The notes beneath the pieces are model-generated. The model worked only from the letters and a program-made list of their open reading frames with translations, was not told the DNA's origin and made no database searches. A program made the translations under genes and the position numbers. From positions 171,138 through 235,137 of the forward strand of contig JAPLUW010000001.1 of NCBI GenBank assembly GCA_026397405.1: 64,000 nt of DNA. The letters are read 5' to 3'. The stretch comes from Candidatus Adlerbacteria bacterium (GTDB lineage: Bacteria > Patescibacteriota > Minisyncoccia > Phycocordibacterales > SBAW01). Of the stretch, positions 26,054-36,589 are shown in pieces (the first letter of the stretch is position 1; every line of letters starts with the position of its first letter).

Positions 26054-29000
26054 TTACTTCACCACCAACTGCAGGTCCTCTAGGCCAGTCTGGGCCATAA
26101 GAGCTGTTTTATTTTTTTCAGCAACTATTTTTTCTTCCGCAGAAACTAGAAGTGTGCAAACGGGCCGGTCGGCAATAGTTAGTTTTTGCTCTTTGCGCCA
26201 CTCTTGTATACGGCGCGCCAAGTCGCGTACGACACCCTCCTCCTTTAATTCTGGAGTCAGTTCTGTGTCGAGCGAAACATCGTCTACTTGTGCGACATCT
26301 TCTACTACTTTTTTTACATTTAATTCGTCTTTAATAAGTGCGCGTAGGCCGTCGTCGTTGGGAAGTTGTTTTGCCACAAGCGCAGCAAGAGGCTGGCGAA
26401 TTTTTATACCCGCAGACTCGCGCAACTCCAACCCCTTAGACGCAACTTCGCGCACGCGGACCATGTCGGCAAGCAGCGCTGTATCTACTTTTTCTGCGGC
26501 AGGCCAAACCGACAAATGGACACTCTCTGGGTCACCTTCTTCCTTCATGCGGCCGAACAGCTCGTCGGCAAAAAACGGCATCACGGGCGCCATAGTGTGT
26601 GCAAGCGTGTGTAACACAAAGCGCAGTGTAGCGAGTGCCTGCACCTTCCCTTCCCCATCTGTTTTAAAACGGTCGCGAGAACGGCGCAGGTACCAGGTAG
26701 AAAGGTCGTCGATAAACAATGCGAGCGGGCGTGTCGCTGCATCAAGCTCATAACTTTCAAACCCTGCAGTAGTTTGTGTGGTCAACTCGCCAAGCCGCGA
26801 CAAAATCCATCGGTCGAGTGGGTGTGTACTTGTATTTGAACGCACCGTGCCGTCTGCATACAACTCATAGAAGGACACGACGTTGTCCAAACGCATCAGG
26901 AGTTTTTTTGAAACCTCTTCAACCCCTTGTTCTTTAAAACTCAGGTCTTCACCGCGGACAAGTTGCGACGACAGAATGTAATAGCGGAGCGAGTCTACTC
27001 CGTATTTGTCGATAAGATCAAGCGGGTCAGGATAATTTTTCAATCGTTTACTCATCTTCTTACCGTCGCTCGCGTTAATGAGCCCTGTCGTAATGACATT
27101 TTTGTATGGCGACCTCCCAAAGAGTGCAGTCCCGAGCACAATAAGCGAGTAGAACCAGCCGCGTGTCTGGTCAACAGCTTCTGCAATAAAGTCGGCTGGG
27201 TATCCTTTTGGCATCAATCCAAACATTTTTTTCGGATTGAAATTGTTTTTTTGAAACGGATAGTGGTTAGACCCGTACGGCATCGAGCCCGACTCAAACC
27301 AACAATCAAACACATCGGGGACACGCTTCCACTCACCCGCCAAAGAGTCCCCGAGCAGGATGTCGTCAATAAACGGCCGGTGCAGGTCAAGTTCGTACTG
27401 TTCGTTATGTGGGAACGGTACAAACGGTAATTCTGCGCACTCTGCATTACCAAGCATAGCTGTGCGGTAAAAACCTGTCGTCGGTTGGCGCCCAACTACT
27501 TGCTGCAATGCCCAAATAGCACCACCGTGCGAAACTACAAGTATGTTTTTGCCGCTGTAACGCCTCTCAATTTCAAAAATAAATTCGCCTACATTGCGGC
27601 AAAGTTCAGGTGTTACATGGGCTACTTCTCCCAAACGAGTGTCCACCATAACTGCAGACTCAGGCAGGCCAAACTCGTTCGCCAAGAGGTGCGCTGTTTC
27701 TTTAGTCCGGACAAAAGGCGACGTAACTATCATGTCTATTTTTTTTGAAGCAAGTGCTCGTGCGGCAGACAACACCTGTGCCCTACCTTTCTTGGTGAGG
27801 TGGTTATTTGGGTCACCTTCAATATCTTCTACATTGTCGACATTTGACTGTGCTTCGCCGTGGCGCATTACAAAATATTTGTTGCCTGAGCGGCGTACAA
27901 CCTGTAACAGCTCTTCAACAGAGCCCATCACTTTCAATTCTTTGGTTTTGCTGTGGCGCCAAACTGGTAGAGGTGCGCCCCAGTAACGGCTGCGGGAAAT
28001 TGCCCAGTCAGGCGCACTTTCAAGACCTTTTTGGAAACGCCCTTCTCCCGTGCTTTTCGGCACCCAAGAAACTTTTTTATTTTGTGCCAACAATTTTGGT
28101 TTTATTTTTGAAACACTTACAAACCAGGAATTTGCAGCCCAGTTGAGGAGCGGTGTGTCGCAGCGCCAGCAGTGCGGGTATGAGTGAGTTATTTTTTCCT
28201 GATGGAAAAGCAACCCACGGGCGTGCAGGTTCTCTACAATCTTTGCATCCGTTTCCATATGGCGACCTTTTGGTTTGACCGGGAGCCCTACAAAGTCGGT
28301 GACCGTTGCAATAAATTTACCTTCGTCAGTGACGTGTTGGATAAGCGGAATTTTTTCTTTCTGGGCAAAGATCAAGTCTTCTGCGCCGTAGGCAGGTGCA
28401 AGGTGGACAATGCCCGTGCCGTCTTCAAGCGTCACATATGGTGCGGCATATATTTTATACGCGTGGCTTTTATGTTTATGGAGCGTATGTTCGAAATAGC
28501 TAAATGGTGGCTTGTATCGTTTGCCTACCAGGTCTTTGCCCAGTATCTCGGCAAATATTTTTGCATCTTCGCCAAGCACTTTTGCCATAAGCTCTTTCGC
28601 AACAACAACAAAGCCTTCGTCTGTGCGGACTTTTACATACACAGCGTCGGCGTTCACTGCAGCCGCAGTGTTGCCCGGCAATGTCCACGGAGTGGTAGTC
28701 CAAATAAGTATGGATGTTTCCGGTTCGTCTACAAGTGGAAACTTTACTGTCACCGCAATATCTTCAATGTCCATGTAGCCTTGGGCTACTTCGTTGTTGG
28801 AAAGCGTCGTTCCGCAACGAGGACAAAAATGCATACCCTTGAAGCCCTCGTAAATAAGTCCGCGACTGTGCAAATTTTTAAACGCCCACCAGACCGACTC
28901 GGTATAGGTCGAGTCCATCGTCTTGTAGTCGTTCTCCATGTCAGCCCAGCGCCCGATGCGCGGGATGATACGCTTCCAGTCCGCAACATCTTTCATGATG

Positions 29001-29404
29001 CTTGTTCGAGCAGCTTTGTTGAAATTTGCAATGCCAAACTCTTCAATGTCGCGCTTTGACTTAAACCCCAATTCTTTTTCTACCAAGTTTTCAACCGGTA
29101 GACCGTGGCAGTCCCATCCCCAGCGGCGCGGCACACGGTACCCCCGCATTGTGCGGTAGCGAGGTATGGCGTCTTTTATTGTGCTTTGCAGCAAGTGCCC
29201 ATAGTGAGGCAACCCGTTGGCAAACGGTGGGCCGTCGTAGAAAACAAATTCGCCCTTGGGTGCAGGTTTTTCCAGCGTTTTTTTAAATATGTCCTGTGCT
29301 TCCCAAAAGCGAAGAGTCTTTTCCTCTCGTACAGCAAAAGCACTTTTTGGTTTATGCACCGCTTCTGGGTGCAGCTCTTCCCCGCCCTGCTTCAAATCAT
29401 CCAT
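26054..29404 (-). CDS. ileS: Isoleucyl-tRNA synthetase carrying an internal histidine-phosphatase (PGAM-like) domain insertion
   Basis: 1116 aa; HIGH (PHYGHLL), editing CP1 domain, KMSKS (KMSKRLKN); ~190-aa insert between ...GAPLPVWR and ELDLHRPFIDD containing FVMRHGEAQSN and LVVSHGGAI. Confidence 0.9.
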   Translation of the reverse strand: MDDLKQGGEELHPEAVHKPKSAFAVREEKTLRFWEAQDIFKKTLEKPAPKGEFVFYDGPPFANGLPHYGHLLQSTIKDAIPRYRTMRGYRVPRRWGWDCHGLPVENLVEKELGFKSKRDIEEFGIANFNKAARTSIMKDVADWKRIIPRIGRWADMENDYKTMDSTYTESVWWAFKNLHSRGLIYEGFKGMHFCPRCGTTLSNNEVAQGYMDIEDIAVTVKFPLVDEPETSILIWTTTPWTLPGNTAAAVNADAVYVKVRTDEGFVVVAKELMAKVLGEDAKIFAEILGKDLVGKRYKPPFSYFEHTLHKHKSHAYKIYAAPYVTLEDGTGIVHLAPAYGAEDLIFAQKEKIPLIQHVTDEGKFIATVTDFVGLPVKPKGRHMETDAKIVENLHARGLLFHQEKITHSYPHCWRCDTPLLNWAANSWFVSVSKIKPKLLAQNKKVSWVPKSTGEGRFQKGLESAPDWAISRSRYWGAPLPVWRHSKTKELKVMGSVEELLQVVRRSGNKYFVMRHGEAQSNVDNVEDIEGDPNNHLTKKGRAQVLSAARALASKKIDMIVTSPFVRTKETAHLLANEFGLPESAVMVDTRLGEVAHVTPELCRNVGEFIFEIERRYSGKNILVVSHGGAIWALQQVVGRQPTTGFYRTAMLGNAECAELPFVPFPHNEQYELDLHRPFIDDILLGDSLAGEWKRVPDVFDCWFESGSMPYGSNHYPFQKNNFNPKKMFGLMPKGYPADFIAEAVDQTRGWFYSLIVLGTALFGRSPYKNVITTGLINASDGKKMSKRLKNYPDPLDLIDKYGVDSLRYYILSSQLVRGEDLSFKEQGVEEVSKKLLMRLDNVVSFYELYADGTVRSNTSTHPLDRWILSRLGELTTQTTAGFESYELDAATRPLALFIDDLSTWYLRRSRDRFKTDGEGKVQALATLRFVLHTLAHTMAPVMPFFADELFGRMKEEGDPESVHLSVWPAAEKVDTALLADMVRVREVASKGLELRESAGIKIRQPLAALVAKQLPNDDGLRALIKDELNVKKVVEDVAQVDDVSLDTELTPELKEEGVVRDLARRIQEWRKEQKLTIADRPVCTLLVSAEEKIVAEKNKTALMAQTGLEDLQLVVK

Positions 29405-29443
29405 ATCAAAAATATAGCACTGTGGGGCTATTTTTGCCCGTCC

Positions 29444-31030
29444 CTACATTTCCTCCGGTGCCGGTATGCCCAAAACGACTAGACCTTTGTGCAACGTATG
29501 TTCAACAGCAGTAACAAGCGCCAATGCGTGGGCAGAGACTTTTCCGTCGACTATCAAACGCGTCTGTGCATACCAGCTGTTAAATGCCGCAGCCAGTTCG
29601 GTACTGTATGTAATAACGTAATGTGGTTCAAGTTCAAGCGACGCACGAGCAATAACATCCGGGAAATGCACAAGCAGGCGCTCGAGTTCACTGGGTGCAG
29701 TTTCTTTTTGCACTACTTCCGCTTCAGTGGCTTTCCGCAAAAGTGCACGAGCACGCACAAGTGCATACTGCACATAGGGCCCTGAGTCGCCTTCGAGGGA
29801 AAGAGATTTTTCCGGATCAAACACAATATCTTTCCCCGTCCCCTGTCGTAACACCATGTACTTGATAGCACCAACAGCCACATCTTCCCGACCACGTGCT
29901 TCTTCTGTCAGATCTTTAATCAATGATTCTCCTGTGATGACATTCCCCAGTCGCGACGACATTTTCCCAGTCGTGAGCTTCATAAAGCCGTGGAAACGAG
30001 TCAACATTTTGTCTTCCAAGTCTGGGAAGATTTTTTCTGCAGCTGCACGTACAACTTTAAAGTAGTCTCGCGTTTCGTTGGCAGTAACAGTAAGAGAAAG
30101 GTCAAACTGTCCCTTCTTCTTTTTTGCAACAACAAGACCAAGCTCCTTTGCTTCGTAGGTTGGGATTCCTTTACTGTTTACGAAGACACGCGTGTGCAGC
30201 CCCACATCCTCACCTCGAAAAATAATAGCTCCTTCACTTTGTGTAAAAACTTCCGGATGCTGTTCTACAAGTTGTAAGCCGAGCGGTCCGGTTTCGTGTT
30301 CGAAGAAATAGTAATCAAACTTCGTACCGAGGATTTTATAAATCTCCTCAAAATGCGCGAGCGACTCTTCTCGACCTTCGTCATAGAGCTTGTTTACTGT
30401 CGCGTCACTCTTTTCATAAATAGTCTTGTTGAGCTCGTCTATTTCCTGCTTGTGAGTTTCATATTCTGCCGAGCCATGCACATACGCTTGGCCCCACGAA
30501 TCTCCAGGCTTTTGCTGTTTGCCCCAAATGGCTTTAGCAACATGCACACCAACATCACCTTGGTAGTTCGACCGCTTAACATCTGCACCACCAGCTGCAA
30601 ATAACCGCGCGATACTTTCGCCAATTGCATTGCTCATCAAGTGGCCAATATGAAATTCTTTGAACGGGTTCGGGTCCGTATATTCCACCAATACTTTTTT
30701 ACCTATATACAAATCATTGCTACCCCAGCCTTCCTTGTTCGCTTCCTGTACAACCTCAGCAAGTGTCTCGGCTGAAAGATAAAAATTTATAAAACCTGCG
30801 CCGGCGACTTCTACTTTTTCTACACCTTGTATATTTCCTACTGCTTCTTGCAGCTCTGCTGCGACATCACGTGGATTCTTTTTTAAAATTTTGGCAGCCG
30901 CGAGTGCTGCATTGGTGGCATAGTCGCCATGCGCCATGTCAGTAGGCCTCTCCACCACAAAAGCTACTTCCTCGGCCCCCATAGCCTTCAGTGCATTTTG
31001 TACTGCCTGTTCAATATCATTCCGGACCAT
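29444..31030 (-). CDS. argS: Arginyl-tRNA synthetase
   Basis: Start placed at MVRNDIEQ; Arg_tRNA_synt_N fold, HVGH-like HIGHLMSNAIGE motif, C-terminal DALR anticodon-binding domain. Confidence 0.85.
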   Translation of the reverse strand: MVRNDIEQAVQNALKAMGAEEVAFVVERPTDMAHGDYATNAALAAAKILKKNPRDVAAELQEAVGNIQGVEKVEVAGAGFINFYLSAETLAEVVQEANKEGWGSNDLYIGKKVLVEYTDPNPFKEFHIGHLMSNAIGESIARLFAAGGADVKRSNYQGDVGVHVAKAIWGKQQKPGDSWGQAYVHGSAEYETHKQEIDELNKTIYEKSDATVNKLYDEGREESLAHFEEIYKILGTKFDYYFFEHETGPLGLQLVEQHPEVFTQSEGAIIFRGEDVGLHTRVFVNSKGIPTYEAKELGLVVAKKKKGQFDLSLTVTANETRDYFKVVRAAAEKIFPDLEDKMLTRFHGFMKLTTGKMSSRLGNVITGESLIKDLTEEARGREDVAVGAIKYMVLRQGTGKDIVFDPEKSLSLEGDSGPYVQYALVRARALLRKATEAEVVQKETAPSELERLLVHFPDVIARASLELEPHYVITYSTELAAAFNSWYAQTRLIVDGKVSAHALALVTAVEHTLHKGLVVLGIPAPEEM

Positions 31031-31047
31031 ACTGCATACAGTAGCAG

Positions 31048-32145
31048 CTAGAGGGTGGTTGTGGAAAGTGCTGGTGTACTGCTGGAAATGACTGCCGTAA
31101 ATGTGATGCTTCCAATAATTTGACCTTTTGTTGTCTCTACCATGCAGCGCCATTGGCCCGGCACAAGTGCCTCGGTAATGCTAAAACCTCGATACCCTTC
31201 TGCCCTTCCACCGTTTATAGGAAACTGCACACGCGAAATTTGCTGCCAGTTGTTGCTTGGTACATCAAAATATTCCCACACATGTACCACCGGGGTCGAC
31301 AAGTCGCCCGGTGCAAACACCGCACTAAAACAGTAAGCAGGGCTCCCTACTGCTGCGGTGTAGGTGTCGGCTGTGTCGCGCCAAAATTCGTACCACTTCT
31401 TTTTTTCGTACACTCCTGCGTAGTCGCCTGTGCTGGTGCGCGTTACGGAATGGTAAATTCCTGCACTTTTAAGCGACAGGGGCACCGGCGGTATAACGTT
31501 TAAAAAATAAAATATATTAAACACCACAAATATTGCGACAATGACTGCGCGCATTTCCCACAGTTGGCGTTTTTTGTCGGGCCCCCGCAGTGCAAATATT
31601 CTAAGCAGCGACAGTACGCCAGCCATAACAGCAAGACTTACCGCAGTGCTTATCAAAAATGTACTTGTACCTATTGTGTGCAAAACAAAGGTTGGCAATG
31701 CGATAACTATGTACGTCAGCAGCAAAAAGTAATACACCGCGATGTTAAAACGCAGCTGTGCGTAGCGGCTTTTGAGCAGTTCGTTGCCGACAAGCAAACA
31801 CACCAACAGTGCCAAGAAAAATACACTGCCGCCAAACGACCCACTTTTACCGTAGAGGATAAGCAAGTTACTTGCCAACCCTCCAAAACAAAACTGGAGC
31901 ACGAGCAGCAAAAAGAGCGGTTCTACTTTTTTGTCGCCTGTCGCCTCTTCCATACTGCGGCGGTTCAAGAAAATAATTATTGTCGCAGCAGTAGACAGGT
32001 AAAAAAGCAGCAGAATATTATCCGGGATACTGTCTGGCCGTTTGGCAAGAATAAGGTCAAACGTAAAACCACACAGGACCGTAACGGCCGCCAAGCGCTT
32101 TTCGTATCGGCTCCAGAGTTCTACCAGTCTATTGAGGCGTGCCAT
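31048..32145 (-). CDS. Multi-pass membrane protein with C-terminal extracytoplasmic domain (hypothetical)
   Basis: 365 aa; six or more predicted TMS followed by ~140-aa soluble C-terminal domain. Confidence 0.5.
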   Translation of the reverse strand: MARLNRLVELWSRYEKRLAAVTVLCGFTFDLILAKRPDSIPDNILLLFYLSTAATIIIFLNRRSMEEATGDKKVEPLFLLLVLQFCFGGLASNLLILYGKSGSFGGSVFFLALLVCLLVGNELLKSRYAQLRFNIAVYYFLLLTYIVIALPTFVLHTIGTSTFLISTAVSLAVMAGVLSLLRIFALRGPDKKRQLWEMRAVIVAIFVVFNIFYFLNVIPPVPLSLKSAGIYHSVTRTSTGDYAGVYEKKKWYEFWRDTADTYTAAVGSPAYCFSAVFAPGDLSTPVVHVWEYFDVPSNNWQQISRVQFPINGGRAEGYRGFSITEALVPGQWRCMVETTKGQIIGSITFTAVISSSTPALSTTTL

Positions 32146-32154
32146 GCCTATACT

Positions 32155-33459
32155 TTACACGAAGGAGTCCGGTATAGGGAATTTGCCGCACAGCTCTTTT
32201 ATCTCTACATGTATGCTGTCGAGCTTGCTTTGGTCGGCGCGGTCACGCAATGCGTCGAGCATCAACTCTGCAACGCGCGCGCTTTCTGCCTCCATCAATT
32301 TACGGGTTGTAATGGCCGGCGTACCAAGACGAATGCCCGAAGGGTTAAATGGTGAGCGTGTGTCGTCGGCAATACTATTTTTGTTAAGCGTAATACCAAC
32401 CCTGTCCAAAACTTCCTCAGCTTCTTTACCGGGGATACCAAGCGAGCCAAACACGTCGGCAAGTATAAGGTGGTTTGATGTGCCGCCGGCAAGCATGCGG
32501 ACTTCCCTATTCCGAAACACTTCCTCCATCGCTTTTGCATTTTTAAGTATCTGCGCCGCATATGTTTTAAACGACGGATGCAGGGCTTCCCCAAACGCAA
32601 TTGCTTTTGCTGCAGTGGTGTTCATATGCGGGCCACCCTGCAACCCCGGGAAGACTGCGCGGTCAATGAGTGTCGGCAAATTTTCTATCGTTTTCTCCGG
32701 TGCCTTCATCGGGTTGCTGACAATCCCTTTCGACATAATCATGCCACCGCGCGGCCCACGTAGTGTTTTATGTGTGGTTGTTGTCACAATCTGGAAGCCG
32801 TAGTCAAACGGGTTTTTGTGTACCCCACCAGCTATAAGCCCCGCAACATGCGCCATGTCAGCCATAGCAACGGCGCCCACTTCTTTTGCTATCTCACCTA
32901 TTATTTTGTAGTCGAGCTCGCGCGAATAGCCCGAGTAACCCGCAAGAATCATTTTTGGTTTTTCACGCTTTGCGACTTCGCGCATTTCGTCGTAGTCAAT
33001 TTCGCCAGTCTCGGGGTCTTTCATTTTGTAGCGAACAAAGTTAAACAACTTCGACATGTAGGTAACCGGGTGGCCGTGGGTTAAGTGCCCGCCGTGCGAG
33101 AGGTCCATACCAAGCACGGTGTCGCCCGGTTCAAGCCACGCAAAATATGCACCAATGTTTGCATTTGCACCGCCTAAAGGCTGCACGTTTGCATGGTCGC
33201 AGCCAAAGAGTTTTTTAGCGCGTTCAATAGCAATAAGTTCAACCTGGTCGGTGTATGTCTGCCCTCCGTAGTAGCGCTTGCCGGGGTAGCCTTCGGAATA
33301 TTTGTTGGTAAAGACCGAGCCGTTTGCTTCGCGCACTGCTTTGGAAACATAGTTTTCCGAAGGGATAAGTTCGAGCCCTTCCCGCTCGCGGGTTTCTTCC
33401 CCTTCCAATGTTGCAAATACTTCAGCGTCTTGTTTTTTGATGTGGTCGTAAGAATCCAT
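32155..33459 (-). CDS. glyA: Serine hydroxymethyltransferase
   Basis: 434 aa; LIPSENYVSKAVREANGSVFTNKYSEGYPGKRYYGG and PLP-lysine region of SHMT. Confidence 0.9.
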   Translation of the reverse strand: MDSYDHIKKQDAEVFATLEGEETREREGLELIPSENYVSKAVREANGSVFTNKYSEGYPGKRYYGGQTYTDQVELIAIERAKKLFGCDHANVQPLGGANANIGAYFAWLEPGDTVLGMDLSHGGHLTHGHPVTYMSKLFNFVRYKMKDPETGEIDYDEMREVAKREKPKMILAGYSGYSRELDYKIIGEIAKEVGAVAMADMAHVAGLIAGGVHKNPFDYGFQIVTTTTHKTLRGPRGGMIMSKGIVSNPMKAPEKTIENLPTLIDRAVFPGLQGGPHMNTTAAKAIAFGEALHPSFKTYAAQILKNAKAMEEVFRNREVRMLAGGTSNHLILADVFGSLGIPGKEAEEVLDRVGITLNKNSIADDTRSPFNPSGIRLGTPAITTRKLMEAESARVAELMLDALRDRADQSKLDSIHVEIKELCGKFPIPDSFV

Positions 33460-33515
33460 AGTGATGACTAGTTAATCAGTAAAAAAGAATTGTCAGAAAC
33501 TTAGATCATAAAATA

Positions 33516-33851
33516 TTATCGATTGTCGCCTGCCCCCTTGGTTACTACTCCTCGCTCTGCCCTGTCGGCAAGCTTTGCAATATTTTTTTGAGCAACTTCT
33601 TCGAGAGAGCTCCCGAACCTCGCTGCTAATTGTGAAATGTACCACAATACATCACCCAGTTCGGTGACAAGTGCTGAACGCAACTCTTCGGTCGATCCTT
33701 TTTCGTAATCAACAAGCTTTTTTATTTTGTCTGCCGCCTCTCCAGCTTCGCCCGCAAGACCAAGCCCTAATATCATCAGTTGGTAGTCAGCATCCTCTTT
33801 ACTGAATTTTGCCGTCTTTGCCGCCGCCATTTGATACTCCTGAAAATCCAT
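33516..33851 (-). CDS. MazG-like all-alpha nucleotide pyrophosphohydrolase (candidate dUTP/dNTP pyrophosphatase)
   Basis: 111 aa; EEAGEAADKIKK...ELGDVLWYISQLA is the MazG/NTP-PPase EEXXE/D signature. Confidence 0.65.
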   Translation of the reverse strand: MDFQEYQMAAAKTAKFSKEDADYQLMILGLGLAGEAGEAADKIKKLVDYEKGSTEELRSALVTELGDVLWYISQLAARFGSSLEEVAQKNIAKLADRAERGVVTKGAGDNR

Positions 33852-33861
33852 ACAAATAATC

Positions 33862-34560
33862 TTACCGCGCTACTAGCGGCTCCACAATTGACCAGATTTT
33901 TACGTGTATGTCCTCGCGCGACAGTATCCCTTTCTTGGTAGAGCAAATAATCTTTTTCCAATTATTAGACCCTTGAATAAGTTTGAGCGCGCTCTGTTGA
34001 GAATCCAGAAGATGCTTTACATTATTTTCTGCCTGATCTTTCGCACCCTTGGTTAAATATTTCTTTTTTGATGCAAGGTGTTTTTCTTTCAAAAGCTCGA
34101 GCGCCATTTCAACCGGTAATGCCAAATATAAAATAACGTCAGGGCGTGGGAGACCAAACACCTCGTGTTCCATGCGGTCGAGCCATTGCAAGAACTGTTT
34201 GCGTTCTTTGGCCTCATGGATTTTACCCCCTTGGTGCATCTGGTTGGCGCTGACATACCTGTCGAGCACCACCGTCTTCCCTGCTGCAAGCCACTTCTCT
34301 ATTTTCTGTTTCGACTCAAACCGATCTGCTGCATAGAGCACTGATGCAATTTTTGGGTCGAGCCCAATAAAGTCACCATGTAGACCTGCAAGGCATTCAC
34401 CTATGAGTTTCCCAAAAAGATTTGATTCGTATTGAGGGAAATCAAGTGTTTCAACAGGGATCTTTTCTTTTTTCAGCCGTTCAACAAGTAGTTTAGTTTG
34501 GGTGGCCTTACCCACCCCGTCGGAACCATCAATAACAATCAATTTCCCTTTTCTTTTCAT
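33862..34560 (-). CDS. tmk: Thymidylate kinase
   Basis: 232 aa; P-loop IVIDGSDGVGKATQ, DRY-like motif. Confidence 0.85.
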   Translation of the reverse strand: MKRKGKLIVIDGSDGVGKATQTKLLVERLKKEKIPVETLDFPQYESNLFGKLIGECLAGLHGDFIGLDPKIASVLYAADRFESKQKIEKWLAAGKTVVLDRYVSANQMHQGGKIHEAKERKQFLQWLDRMEHEVFGLPRPDVILYLALPVEMALELLKEKHLASKKKYLTKGAKDQAENNVKHLLDSQQSALKLIQGSNNWKKIICSTKKGILSREDIHVKIWSIVEPLVAR

Positions 34561-35090
34561 GCGAAATCTTTTCCTACTCTACTATCAGGATGTTCGCGAT
34601 TATAGATGCGTTCACTTCCTTCCATCAAGTACACATTTTTAATACCTCCAGCAATAACTGCATTCCAACACGGCTCACACGCCCACCAATGGCCATACAA
34701 ATAAAGATCTGCACCGTTCGTGTCATGACCATGCGCTTGTGCGTCAGCAACAGCTTTTGGTTCACTGTGATTCTTCGGATGGCATCCTTCACAGAGTTCG
34801 TATCCTTGACCTGTTGGAATTTTTTGCTTCACGCGTTCGCATTCATGTGTCTTGTGATAGTCGCTTCCATTAGCCCCCCGACCGATAACTGCGCCGTCTT
34901 TTACGATGACAGAACCAGTAGGAACTTTACGGTCAAGCGAATGCTCTCGTGAATATTCTTTCGCTTCTTGGATAAATGGATTACTCTCGGGAACATACTG
35001 AATAATGCGACCTTCCGGGAGATAAGGATAGTGTATTAGTTCCACATCAAATTTATACCACCCGGGCTCCAACCTGGCTATTTGCCCCAC
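34557..35090 (-). CDS. Deoxycytidylate (dCMP) deaminase, zinc-dependent
   Basis: 177 aa; H-S-E (HSEPKAV) and C-E-P-C (CEPCWNA) zinc-binding motifs of the CDA/dCMP deaminase fold. Confidence 0.75.
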   Translation of the reverse strand: MGQIARLEPGWYKFDVELIHYPYLPEGRIIQYVPESNPFIQEAKEYSREHSLDRKVPTGSVIVKDGAVIGRGANGSDYHKTHECERVKQKIPTGQGYELCEGCHPKNHSEPKAVADAQAHGHDTNGADLYLYGHWWACEPCWNAVIAGGIKNVYLMEGSERIYNREHPDSRVGKDFA

Positions 35091-35116
35091 CGCTCCCCCG
35101 CCCCTATAATTGCGCC

Positions 35117-35953
35117 ATGGCCCGATTTGACTCTATCTACCAAGAACTATTGGGCACTATTGTAAAGAAAGGCATTCGAGAAATGTCGGAGCGAACGAAG
35201 CACGAAACTGCCGCCATTCCCGGCATGCATTTTTCTATCGATATTGAAAAAGAAGGGTTTCCTATTCTCACACTCAGAAAAATTCCTATCAAAATGTTCG
35301 TCGCCGAGCAAATCTGGTTTATCGCAGGCGTTCGCAAACCAGCAGATTTTTTACGGGACTACACAAAAATTTGGGACAACTTCACGAACCCGGCAGACGT
35401 CGTGACTGTTGCCTACGGATATCGTTGGCGAAAACATTTCGGCCGCGACCAACTCGGCCTTCTTGTTGATCTTTTGAAAAAAGAGCCAAGTTCAAGACAC
35501 GGCGTCGTGGTGACGTGGGACCCAGCAACCGACGGGCTCAGTTTGTTCAAGAAAAAAAACGTTCCCTGTCCGTATACATTCACGGTCAATATTATTGGCG
35601 GCAGACTTCACTTTCATAACATTGTCCGTTCAAACGATGTCATCTTAGGTCTCCCCGCAGACGTGGCAGGATTTGCATTGCTTCAGATAATCTTGGCGCA
35701 GAAGCTTGGCGTCAAACCAGGAGTCTATTCTCACTCTATTTCAAACGCTCATATATATGACAATCAATACGAAGCAGCAAAAGAAATTCTGAAACGGGAA
35801 AGCACCCACAAACCTATTCACATCACGTTGCCAAAAAATGCCTACGATCGTGCAGAGAAAAAAGATAAAAAACTTCTCGACGAGATCGTAGAAAATATTA
35901 CCGCTCAATACAAACCCCTGGAAGCGATCAAAGGTTTACAAGTAGTCTTATAA
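35117..35953 (+). CDS. thyA: Thymidylate synthase
   Basis: 278 aa; RRWKHFGRDQL-like region, catalytic PCPYTFTVN (Cys nucleophile) motif. Confidence 0.9.
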   Translation: MARFDSIYQELLGTIVKKGIREMSERTKHETAAIPGMHFSIDIEKEGFPILTLRKIPIKMFVAEQIWFIAGVRKPADFLRDYTKIWDNFTNPADVVTVAYGYRWRKHFGRDQLGLLVDLLKKEPSSRHGVVVTWDPATDGLSLFKKKNVPCPYTFTVNIIGGRLHFHNIVRSNDVILGLPADVAGFALLQIILAQKLGVKPGVYSHSISNAHIYDNQYEAAKEILKRESTHKPIHITLPKNAYDRAEKKDKKLLDEIVENITAQYKPLEAIKGLQVVL

Positions 35954-35955
35954 CT

Positions 35956-36588
35956 ATGTCTATACTTACAAAAGAAGAAATTCTAAAGCGTGTTCGAGAA
36001 AAAAATATTGTATTTTCACCTAGTCTGGATAGCTTCCAATTGCAGGCTCATGCAGTCGACCTGCGGCTCGGATTTACGTTCCTTGTACCAAAAGCATGGC
36101 GTTTGACCGACAAAGGCCGCGAAGCAATTACCATAGACCCCCTCAAAGACCATGGCCCCGAGTATTTTGATATAGTCGAGCTCGAACAAGGTCAACATTT
36201 TGACTTACTACCGGAAGAATATGTACTTGTTTCAACGTTCGAAACAATAAAAATCCCTGACGATTTAATGGCAATCCTCTATCCTCGTTCTTCCGTAAAT
36301 AGGAAAGGGCTTTCGGTAGATTTAACTGGGATTATCGATTCGGGATACGAAGGACCCCTTACATTACCTATCCGCAATAACACGCGCTCGCAAGTAATCC
36401 AGCTCCATCCTGGAGAACGCTTCTGTCAGATTGTATTTGAAGAACTTTCTCACAAAGTGGTTGCGCGAAAGAGCCGTTGGCACCAGAAAGACGTTGTTGA
36501 AAAAGGAAAAAAAGAAAAATCCTCTGAAATGAAATTTGTTTTCAATGGTGACATAAAAAAACTTAAGAAAGATTTCCCTGCAGAATAA
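35956..36588 (+). CDS. dcd: dCTP deaminase (dUTPase-fold)
   Basis: 210 aa; GIIDSGYEGPLTL motif of the dCTP deaminase/dUTPase superfamily. Confidence 0.75.
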   Translation: MSILTKEEILKRVREKNIVFSPSLDSFQLQAHAVDLRLGFTFLVPKAWRLTDKGREAITIDPLKDHGPEYFDIVELEQGQHFDLLPEEYVLVSTFETIKIPDDLMAILYPRSSVNRKGLSVDLTGIIDSGYEGPLTLPIRNNTRSQVIQLHPGERFCQIVFEELSHKVVARKSRWHQKDVVEKGKKEKSSEMKFVFNGDIKKLKKDFPAE

Positions 36589-36589
36589 T

